Source: Symploca sp. SIO1C2 (lineage in GTDB: Bacteria; Cyanobacteriota; Cyanobacteriia; Cyanobacteriales; Coleofasciculaceae). From it: DNA of 24,358 nucleotides. Location: contig JAAHFP010000079.1 in the NCBI GenBank assembly GCA_010672925.1, forward strand, positions 1 to 24,358. The letters are read 5' to 3'. Positions 1 to 7,199 of this stretch are shown here, piece by piece; position 1 is the first letter of the stretch, and each line of letters starts with the position of its first letter. A program made the translations under genes and the position numbers. The notes under the pieces are model-generated. The model had not been told where the DNA came from and made no database searches. It saw only the letters and a program-made list of their open reading frames with translations.

Positions 1-22
1 TTATTACTTATTACTTATTACT
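1..22. repeat. STRR heptamer array (TTATTAC)n, cut by window start
   Basis: ttattac x3 read directly. The same heptamer recurs at 19429-19462. Confidence 0.8.
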
Positions 23-103
23 TCCAAACCTGTTTATAACCCACCATTTGAGTTGTGTCACGCCAGTACATTAACTGGCGGCTATGATAAAACAAAGTAG
101 TAA

Positions 104-556
104 TTGTGCTGGTTACTGATGGAACCTCTGGAAATTGCTGTTGCTGCCTTGTTTGTAGAGTTTCTGACTAAAGCTGGGGAAAAGACTGGAGAAACCTTCG
201 GAGAAAAGCTATTTGACCAAGTAGGAACTTTACTCCAATGTCTCAGAGGTAAATCACCTCAAACAGTTGCAGCTATCGAGGAAGCAAAGGAAGCACCATT
301 GGATTTTGGTCAAGCTGTCCTAGAGGTAAAGGCCGCAGCTGAGACTGAACCAGATATTGCTGAAGCGGTGCAGCAGATAGAAGAAACCATTAAAGAAGAT
401 TCGCAACTGGCTTCTGTCATGCAAAAGGTTATCGAGGAGATGAAGTCTCAGTCTTCAAATACAAAGACTTTCATCAACCATATTGAAAAAGTTGTTAATT
501 TGCCTCAGGGAGAAAATGCTTCAGTAAAGATCGAGAATCAGAATATTAGCATTTGA
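104..556 (+). CDS. Helical N-terminal module ORF (hypothetical), in frame with the downstream NB-ARC ORF
   Basis: ORF track. TTG at 104, but the first ATG at 119-121 (MEPLEIAV...) is the more plausible start. Hydrophobic first helix (EIAVAALFVEFL), acidic amphipathic middle, N/Q/G-rich strand-turn-strand tail (TFINHIEKVVNLPQGENASVKIENQNISI). Ends at TGA 554-556. No family recognised with certainty. Confidence 0.6.
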   Translation: MCWLLMEPLEIAVAALFVEFLTKAGEKTGETFGEKLFDQVGTLLQCLRGKSPQTVAAIEEAKEAPLDFGQAVLEVKAAAETEPDIAEAVQQIEETIKEDSQLASVMQKVIEEMKSQSSNTKTFINHIEKVVNLPQGENASVKIENQNISI

Positions 557-631
557 CTGAATTCGTCCGACAGGGAACGGACAAAGTCAAATCCCCCTAC
601 TGGAATACCCCACAATCTCCCCTACAGCGGT

Positions 632-3073
632 GTGATTAAATTCGTGGGACGTGGCCAAACCCTCTCCAGCCTACACCAGAAGTTGCAGGAAAAGGAGCGA
701 GTTGCTATTTGTGCGATCGCGGGTATGGGAGGAGTAGGGAAAACCGAACTAGCACTGCAATATTCCCTGTATCATCAACAGCGGAAAACCTATGCCGGTG
801 GTATTTGTTGGTTGCAGGCAGGGGAAGTTGATATCGGCACTCAGATTGTCAACTTTGCTAGAACCCAATTAGACTTGCAGCCACCAGATGACTGGGATTT
901 AGAGAAACAGGTAAGTTACTGCTGGCGGCGTTGGCGAGAAGGGGAAGTACTGGTAGTGCTGGATGATGTTCGAGATTATCAAGATCTAGAATCTTATTTA
1001 CCTCCTGCTGAATCACGGTTTAAGCTACTGATTACCACGAGGCGGCAATGGTTAGGTGAGTCTTTTGAGCAATTGAACTTGGAAGTGCTCTCGGAAGCAG
1101 CTTCTTTGGAATTGTTGGTATCGTTTGTGGGAGAAGCGCGTATTGACAGGGAAATCAATGAGGCAAAACAGCTTTGTGGGGATTTGGGATATTTGCCCTT
1201 GGGATTGGAGTTAGTTGGGCGCTATTTGAAACGGAAACAAGATTTATCTTTGGCTAAAATGCGGCAAAGATTGGGATTGGAACATCGCTCATTACAAAAA
1301 TGCTCTCCTGATATGACGGCAAAAAGAGGAGTAGCGGCGGCTTTTGAGCTTAGTTGGCGAGAATTGGATGATTCAGCCCAAGAATTAGGATGTTTACTGA
1401 GTATCTTTGCTTTAGCACCTATTCCTTGGGGACTAGTGGAGCAATGTTTACCGGAGCAAGACGAGGAAGATTTGGAGGATGTCAGAGATGATGCTTTGTT
1501 AGATTTGAGTTTATTGGAAAGGCTGAGTGAAGGTAGTTATCAGTTACATCAGCTAATTCGAGAGTTTTTTAGCGGTAAGTTGGAACAATTGGTAGAGGCT
1601 AATCAGCTGAAGGAAAGGTTTTGTCAAGTGATGGCGGCAGAAGCAGACAAAATTCCCCATACACCAACTCAGCAAGATATTGCCCAAGCTACTCCTGTTA
1701 TTCCTCACCTGGTAGAAGCAGCAACAGTTCACAAGAATTGGTTGAAAGATGAGGATTTAATTTTGCCTTTTTTGGGTTTAGGTTGTTTTTATAAGGGGCA
1801 AGGAGTTTATCTTCCAGCAGTTAAGTGGTTTGAAGAATGTTACTTGGAGACAAAAGCACGTCTAGGGAATGAGCATCCAGATGTGTCTGCTAGCATTAAC
1901 AATCTGGCATTACTTTATAACTCACAAGGGAGGTATGAAGAGGCGGAAACTCTGTATCTGCAAGCACTTGCATTGTATAAAAAGCTCTTAGGTAATAAAC
2001 ATCCGGATGTTGCTACTAGCATCAATAATCTGGCTGGAGTTTACTATTCACAAGGAAGGTATGAAGAGGCGGAAACTCTGTATCTGCAAGCACTTTTATT
2101 GAGAAAAAAATTCTTAGGGAATGAACATCCGGATATGGTTGTTAGCATCAACAATCTGGGAGTAATCTACAAGTTACAAGGAAGGTATGACGAGGCGGAA
2201 ACTCTCCATCTCCAAGCACTTGCATTGAGTAAAAACATTTTAAGTAATGAACATCCGGATATAGCTAATAGCATCAACAACTTGGCAGTAATCTACGATT
2301 TAAAAGGAAAGTATAAAAAAGCGGAAACCCTCTATCTCCAAGCACTTGAGTTGAGAAAAAAGTTTTTAGGTAATGAACATCCGGATGTGGCTGTTAGCAT
2401 CAATAATCTGGCAATAATCTACAATTTACAAGGAAGGTATGAAGAGGCAGAAACTTTCTATCTCCAAGCACTTGCATTGTATAAAAAGCTCTTAGGTAAT
2501 AAACATCCGGATGTTGCTACTAGTATCCAAAATCTGGCTGGAGTTTACTATTCACAAGGAAGGTATGAAGAGGCGGAAACTTTCTATCTCCAAGCACTTG
2601 CATTGTATAAAAAGCTCTTAGGTAATGAACATCCGAATGTTGCTACTAGTATCCAAAATCTGGCTGGAGTTTACTATTCACAAGGAAGGTATGAAGAGGC
2701 GGAAACTCTCCATCTCCAAGCACTTACATTGTATAAAAATCTTTTAGGTAATGAACATCCAGATGTGGCTACTAGCATCAACAATCTGGCTGGAGTTTAC
2801 TATTCACAAGGAAGGTATGAAGAGGCGGAAACTCTCTTTCTCCAGGTACTGGCATTGTATAAAAAGCTCTTAGGTGATGAACATCCGAATGTTGCCACTA
2901 GCATCAACAATCTGGCTGGAGTTTACTATTCACAAGGAAGGTATGAAGAGGCGGAAACTCTCTTTCTCCAGGTACTGGCATTGTATAAAAAGCTCTTAGG
3001 TAATGAACATCCCAACACCAAAATCGCTCGTGAAAACCTTGAACAGCTTCGACAGGATGCAAACGGCAGTTGA
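632..3073 (+). CDS. NB-ARC (STAND) NTPase with C-terminal TPR array, NLR-like
   Basis: P-loop GMGGVGKTELAL, Walker B VLVVLDDV, LLITTR and GYLPLGLELVG motifs indicate NB-ARC. C-terminal half holds nine 42-aa TPR units (NEHPDVATSINNLAxxYxSQGRYEEAETLYLQAL, kinesin-light-chain/TPR_12 type) plus a cap. The GTG start at 632 is doubtful because the conserved pre-P-loop linker continues upstream (see finding). Confidence 0.93.
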   Translation: MIKFVGRGQTLSSLHQKLQEKERVAICAIAGMGGVGKTELALQYSLYHQQRKTYAGGICWLQAGEVDIGTQIVNFARTQLDLQPPDDWDLEKQVSYCWRRWREGEVLVVLDDVRDYQDLESYLPPAESRFKLLITTRRQWLGESFEQLNLEVLSEAASLELLVSFVGEARIDREINEAKQLCGDLGYLPLGLELVGRYLKRKQDLSLAKMRQRLGLEHRSLQKCSPDMTAKRGVAAAFELSWRELDDSAQELGCLLSIFALAPIPWGLVEQCLPEQDEEDLEDVRDDALLDLSLLERLSEGSYQLHQLIREFFSGKLEQLVEANQLKERFCQVMAAEADKIPHTPTQQDIAQATPVIPHLVEAATVHKNWLKDEDLILPFLGLGCFYKGQGVYLPAVKWFEECYLETKARLGNEHPDVSASINNLALLYNSQGRYEEAETLYLQALALYKKLLGNKHPDVATSINNLAGVYYSQGRYEEAETLYLQALLLRKKFLGNEHPDMVVSINNLGVIYKLQGRYDEAETLHLQALALSKNILSNEHPDIANSINNLAVIYDLKGKYKKAETLYLQALELRKKFLGNEHPDVAVSINNLAIIYNLQGRYEEAETFYLQALALYKKLLGNKHPDVATSIQNLAGVYYSQGRYEEAETFYLQALALYKKLLGNEHPNVATSIQNLAGVYYSQGRYEEAETLHLQALTLYKNLLGNEHPDVATSINNLAGVYYSQGRYEEAETLFLQVLALYKKLLGDEHPNVATSINNLAGVYYSQGRYEEAETLFLQVLALYKKLLGNEHPNTKIARENLEQLRQDANGS
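1868..3018 (+). repeat. 126-bp tandem coding repeats (TPR units) with very high nucleotide identity
   Basis: Units around 1981-2060 and 2491-2570 are nearly identical. The 64-nt string aaggtatgaagaggcggaaactctctttctccaggtactggcattgtataaaaagctcttaggt occurs twice, around 2815-2878 and 2941-3004. Confidence 0.9.
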
Positions 3074-3092
3074 GAATTTGGAATTGATGAAT

Positions 3093-3149
3093 GTGGAACT
3101 TCGCTGCTAATCTGTGTCAGCTTCTCTACTGGCAGGATGCCAGTTCCAC
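3093..3149 (+). repeat. GTGGAAC-hairpin element copy H1 (possible terminator/RNA-end element)
   Basis: Outer arms gtggaact (3093-3100) and agttccac (3142-3149). Inner perfect 7-bp stem actggca-gga-tgccagt (3128-3144). Lies 20-76 nt after the stop at 3071-3073. Confidence 0.7.
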
Positions 3150-3264
3150 GGAAGGACAGTTTATATTTATGCTTTCAAGATATTAGGAGCTGTACTTTGT
3201 CTACAGGCGCACAACTATTCCATTATTCATAATAATAGCAAAAAATCACAGCAAATACAACAAG

Positions 3265-3291
3265 AGAATTTAGAATTTAGAATTTAGAATT
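3265..3291. repeat. STRR heptamer array (AGAATTT)n
   Basis: agaattt x4 read directly. Reverse complement of the AATTCTA family at 12625-12666. Confidence 0.85.
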
Positions 3292-3313
3292 GGTAATAAA
3301 AACACGTAAACTC

Positions 3314-3378
3314 GTAGGGGCGGGTTTAGGGAGATGATAAGGGCATCAACAATAATTGGAGTACAAAACCCGCCCTAT
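3314..3378 (-). mobile_element. MITE-like ~65-bp hairpin element, copy A (GGGCGGGTTT-ended family)
   Basis: gtaggggcgggtttaggg...caaaacccgccctatc. The ends are imperfect inverted repeats (GGGCGGGTTT / AAACCCGCCC). The reverse complement matches the ends of copies B, C and D. Confidence 0.7.
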
Positions 3379-3510
3379 CGATAACCTTGCCGAAAGCACG
3401 ATTACTTACAGCACCAGTGTAAGCGCGATTGCTTGCAGCACCAGCGTAGCTGATCGCTTATCGGTTTTGAATATATCTTCGGGGTAGATTTTGCCTATGG
3501 GGAAGATACC

Positions 3511-3577
3511 GACAGGGCGGGTTTTGATTGCAAGATTAGGGTCAAATAGCCTAGATTATCCCTAAACCCGCCCCTAC
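3511..3577 (+). mobile_element. MITE-like ~65-bp hairpin element, copy B
   Basis: gacagggcgggttttg...ccctaaacccgcccctac. Inverted relative to copy A. Confidence 0.7.
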
Positions 3578-3751
3578 AATATTGACAATGTCTGATGTAT
3601 CCCCAACTTCTTCTACGGGTTGGTCGAATTAATTACAGTTTGAACTGAGAAATCGGGGATTTGTGAAAAGCGATCGCAAAGGTGGTAGCTATTACTACCT
3701 GAGGACAAATAACTGCTAGGATAAGCTGTTGTTGTTGAACTGCCTCCCCTT

Positions 3752-5764
3752 GTGCAAGATTTACCCTCACCTGACTCTTCCAGAGTCTCGAAGCAATTAC
3801 CGGATCAGCGGTGGCAGATACCACCGGCACAAACAGATCTAGCAGACCAACTCTCCCAGGCAACTGGACTTCCTTCCCTGCTAACCCAGGTACTGATTAA
3901 CCGGGGTATCGAGACAGCAGAGGAGGCAGAAGCTTATTTGCGTCCCGAATCCCTGGTAATGCCTCCACCGATGGATGAATTTACTGACTTGGCCATTAGT
4001 GTGGAGATGCTGACGGAAGCGATCGCTGAACAAACTAAAATTGCGATCTGTGGGGACTATGATGCGGATGGTATGACTAGCACCGCTTTGTTACTGAGAG
4101 CCTTACGTTGGTTTGGTGCGGATGTAGACTATGCTATTCCTAGCCGGATGCAGGATGGTTACGGTATCAATCGGCGGATTGTCGAAGAGTTCGCTGCTGA
4201 AGGTGTAGGGCTAATTTTAACCGTAGACAATGGTATTTCTGCCCACGAAGCGATCGCTGCAGCAGTGGAATTGGGTATCACTGTGATTATTACCGATCAC
4301 CATGACTTGCCGCCAGACTTGCCAGAAGCTGATGCGATTCTCAACCCGAAAATGCTGCCGGAATCCTCCCCTTACCGGAGTATTGCTGGGGTAGGAGTAG
4401 CCTATATTTTAGCCGTTTCCCTGGGTCAAGAACTAGATAAGCTTCAAGGATTGACTGCTCAGTTATTAGAACTATTTACTTTAGGAACTATCGCTGATTT
4501 AGCCTCCTTAACCGGGATTAATCGGCGTTGGTTAAAGCGAGGCTTAAGGCAATTACCCCAGTCTCAACTCACAGGAGTTCAAGCCTTAATCCAAATGGCA
4601 GGAGTCCAGGAAGACCAAAAAGCCCTGAAACCAGAGGACATTGGCTTTAAACTAGGACCTAGAATTAATGCGATTGGTAGGATTTCTGACCCCCAGATTG
4701 TCATTGAACTGCTGACAACAACAGACCAGGGGATAGCATTAGAACGAGCGATGCAATGTGAGCAAGTCAACCAACAACGTCAGCAACTCTGTGCTCAAAT
4801 TGAAGAAGACGCGATCGCTTTTATTGAACAGAGTCAGTTACCTTGGCAACAAGAGCGAGTTTTAGTAATAGTGCAACCGGATTGGCATCACGGTGTTATT
4901 GGCATAGTTGCTTCCCGACTAGTAGAACGTTACGGAGTACCGGTATTTATTGGTACTTATGAAGGAGATGAGCAAGACCATATCAGGGGTTCAGCACGAG
5001 GTATACCAGAATTTTCCGTCTTTGAAGCTCTGCTTTCCTGTAAGGATTTACTCGGAAAATTTGGTGGACACAAAGCAGCTGGAGGATTTTCTTTACCTAC
5101 AGAGAATTTAGCAGATTTTCAAAAAGGTCTTAGCAATTTTGCCCATGAATGTTTACAACCAGAACACCTCAAACCCCTGGTAATCATCGATACTGCCATC
5201 GACTTCCAGCAAGTTAGTCTGAAATTGTACCAACAAATAGACCTACTCCACCCTTGTGGTATCGGTAATCCTGCCCCTGTCTTCTGGACACCTAATGTCC
5301 GGGTAGTTGAGCAAAGAATCGTAGGCAATGGACATTTAAAATTGACTGTTAGTCAAAGTAACCAGGCTACTAGAATCAAAGCTATTGCTTGGCGCTGGGG
5401 TGAATACTATCCTTTACCGAAAATGGTAGATATTGCTTACAAACTGCGAGAAAATACTTTCAATGGCGGCACTGGTATTGAGCTAGAAATCATTGGTATC
5501 CGCTTACCCGAATCCCCACAGCCTTCTGTAACTTCCCAGAAAACCACAGAATTTTATTACAATCAACGCCGCTACACCTGTAGCCTAATAGAATCTTTAA
5601 ATGAATTAAGAATTAAGAATCCTCAAGGAAAAGTTCTCGCCATTCAGAAAGGACAACGAACTGGTCTTTTAGGTATGAAGCGGGAAGATGCCAGGAAAGT
5701 AGATGTAACGAAACCGCCTTATTACCAGTTAATTAAAGCAGCAGCCCAAGCTTTGCAGCTGTGA
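3752..5764 (+). CDS. recJ: Single-stranded-DNA-specific exonuclease RecJ
   Basis: DHH-family motifs AICGDYDADGMTS, TVDNGIS and IITDHHD, plus the DHHA1 motif GGHKAAGG. N-terminal LLTQVLINRGI is typical of RecJ. GTG start at 3752. Confidence 0.95.
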   Translation: MQDLPSPDSSRVSKQLPDQRWQIPPAQTDLADQLSQATGLPSLLTQVLINRGIETAEEAEAYLRPESLVMPPPMDEFTDLAISVEMLTEAIAEQTKIAICGDYDADGMTSTALLLRALRWFGADVDYAIPSRMQDGYGINRRIVEEFAAEGVGLILTVDNGISAHEAIAAAVELGITVIITDHHDLPPDLPEADAILNPKMLPESSPYRSIAGVGVAYILAVSLGQELDKLQGLTAQLLELFTLGTIADLASLTGINRRWLKRGLRQLPQSQLTGVQALIQMAGVQEDQKALKPEDIGFKLGPRINAIGRISDPQIVIELLTTTDQGIALERAMQCEQVNQQRQQLCAQIEEDAIAFIEQSQLPWQQERVLVIVQPDWHHGVIGIVASRLVERYGVPVFIGTYEGDEQDHIRGSARGIPEFSVFEALLSCKDLLGKFGGHKAAGGFSLPTENLADFQKGLSNFAHECLQPEHLKPLVIIDTAIDFQQVSLKLYQQIDLLHPCGIGNPAPVFWTPNVRVVEQRIVGNGHLKLTVSQSNQATRIKAIAWRWGEYYPLPKMVDIAYKLRENTFNGGTGIELEIIGIRLPESPQPSVTSQKTTEFYYNQRRYTCSLIESLNELRIKNPQGKVLAIQKGQRTGLLGMKREDARKVDVTKPPYYQLIKAAAQALQL

Positions 5765-5767
5765 AAT

Positions 5768-5836
5768 TAGGTGGTAGGTGTTAAGTGGTAGGTGGTAGGT
5801 GGTAGGTGGTAGGTGGTAGGTGGTAGGTGGTAGGTA
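5768..5836 (+). repeat. STRR heptamer array (GGTGGTA/GGTGTTA)n
   Basis: Starts 4 nt after the recJ stop. The same family occurs at 7873-7913, 17424-17449, 17837-17869 (inverted) and 21801-21922. Confidence 0.9.
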
Positions 5837-5946
5837 TAAGTAAGTTGGGTTTCATTACTACCGGCGTGACACGCCTAAAATAGTGAAATAGACGTAGGTT
5901 GGGTCGAGGCACTACTGTGGTACACCTAAAATGATGTAATATATGT

Positions 5947-6127
5947 CCTCCCCATCTCCCCATCTCCCCATCTCCCCATCTCCCCATCTCCTCAGCTCCC
6001 TCAGCTCCCTCAGCTCCTCCGCTCCCCATCTCCTCAGCTCCCCATCTCCTCAGCTCCCCATCTCCCTCAGCTCCCCATCTCCCTCAGCTCCCTCAGCTCC
6101 CTCAGCTCCTCCGCTCCCCCATCCCCC
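5947..6127 (+). repeat. C-rich 8/9-mer tandem array (CTCCCCAT / CTCCCTCAG); the G4 runs lie on the minus strand
   Basis: CCCC runs at 5950, 5958, 5966, 5974 and 5982 with a strict 8-nt period, then mixed 8/9-mers to 6127. The ORFs called here (5781..6029, 5943..6134) are repeat artefacts. Confidence 0.9.
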
Positions 6128-6242
6128 TCAATAGGACTAAAGTCCCAAATAAAGTCAGGGCTTTCGCCTCATGTTGTTTCGATATTGCCGTTTGTAGGAT
6201 TGAAGCATAGAAAACAAAATCACAGCAACTACAAACACTTCC

Positions 6243-7007
6243 ATGAAACTCAAATTCTTTCCCTTACTAGCTGGTGTCGCCGCAATTACTCTGATTACAG
6301 CTCCTCTAGTCGTTAATGCTCAACGCTCTAATCTATTAGCTCAAAGACCACACCAAGTTCTCTCCAACTTAGACCTTACCTCTGAACAACAAACCCAGTT
6401 AGATCAAATCCGGAACAATGCTGACTCACAGATAGCAGCTATCTTGAATCCTGGACAACAGCAGCAGTTTCAATCCATCCAAGCACAGCGTGAACAGCTG
6501 CACGAGGCAATGAAAGCGATGAATCTTACCTCTGAACAAAAAGAGCAAATGCGCTCCATCAAACAGTCAGCAAAACAACAGATGGCGGGCATACTCACAG
6601 ACGCACAACGCCAACAGCTTCGACAGGAACGCCAGAATGCTGGTGGTGGAGGGAAAGGACCTCGTGGACTAGGGGGTCCGGAAGCTCTCCTTAGCTTGAA
6701 CCTCTCCTCTGAACAACAAGCGCAGCTAGAGCAAATTCGCGACAGTAGTGACTCACAAATAGCAGCTATCTTGAATCCTGGACAACAGCAACAGTTCCAA
6801 TCCATCCAGGCACAGCGTGAGCAACTCAAAGAAGCAATGAAGGCTATGAACCTCACTCCTGAGCAGAAGGAACAAATGCGCTCTATCCGGCAGTCATCCC
6901 GCCAGCAGGTAAGTGGCATCCTCACAGAAGAGCAACAGCAACAACTGCGCCAAGAAATGCGCTCTCGTCGTGGTGGCGAAGGCAGAAGAGGGCCAAGAGC
7001 TCAATAA
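6243..7007 (+). CDS. Secreted LTXXQ-motif protein (Spy/CpxP/ZraP-like periplasmic chaperone family), internally duplicated
   Basis: Signal peptide MKLKFFPLLAGVAAITLITAPLVVNAQ. Four L(T/S)xEQ motifs (LDLTSEQQ, MNLTSEQK, LNLSSEQQ, MNLTPEQK). Two ~100-aa halves joined by a Gly-rich linker NAGGGGKGPRGLGG. Confidence 0.7.
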   Translation: MKLKFFPLLAGVAAITLITAPLVVNAQRSNLLAQRPHQVLSNLDLTSEQQTQLDQIRNNADSQIAAILNPGQQQQFQSIQAQREQLHEAMKAMNLTSEQKEQMRSIKQSAKQQMAGILTDAQRQQLRQERQNAGGGGKGPRGLGGPEALLSLNLSSEQQAQLEQIRDSSDSQIAAILNPGQQQQFQSIQAQREQLKEAMKAMNLTPEQKEQMRSIRQSSRQQVSGILTEEQQQQLRQEMRSRRGGEGRRGPRAQ

Positions 7008-7042
7008 TTGCTAAAACCTTTGGATAGACCAGTAAGTGGAAA

Positions 7043-7080
7043 GTTGAGGTTTGAGGTAGGTCAACCCTCAACCTTTTCCT
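7043..7080 (+). terminator. Possible intrinsic terminator after the LTXXQ gene
   Basis: gttgagg (7043-7049) pairs with cctcaac (7066-7072), followed by cttttcctt. The loop is long, so this is tentative. Confidence 0.4.
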
Positions 7081-7199
7081 TATGCCTAATTGTTACTCAA
7101 GTTACCTTTTGAGACTGAAACTTAATTACCATAGATAGATATTAAAATAACACTTTAGGTATAAACTCCCTAAAGGTTAACTGCTTCAGGAGGGTACTG

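Noticed and set aside
61-80. Perfect hairpin cgccagt-acatta-actggcg upstream of the first ORF
   Set aside because: The 7-bp stem is real, but there is no U-tract and the upstream gene is outside the window, so I cannot tell whether it is a terminator, an operator or chance.
3633-3863. 76-aa minus-strand ORF overlapping the recJ start
   Set aside because: It overlaps the N-terminus of a clearly conserved recJ (RWQIPP...LLTQVLINRGI) and has no motif or ribosome-binding site.
4579-5328. Minus-strand ORFs 4579..4770 and 5119..5328
   Set aside because: Both lie antisense within recJ and are short, with no motifs.
5781-6134. ORFs 5781..6029 (-) and 5943..6134 (+)
   Set aside because: They are encoded entirely by the GGTGGTA and CTCCCCAT/CTCCCTCAG tandem arrays. 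The translation is pure repeat (PTTYHLP, SPSPHLP), and the repeat units of 7, 8 and 9 nt are mixed, which is not consistent with coding selection.
6470-6925. 151-aa Cys-rich ORF antisense to the LTXXQ gene
   Set aside because: It is the mirror frame of a Gln/Glu-rich (CAG/CAA/GAA) gene. The sense ORF has a signal peptide and family motifs, and the antisense one has none.
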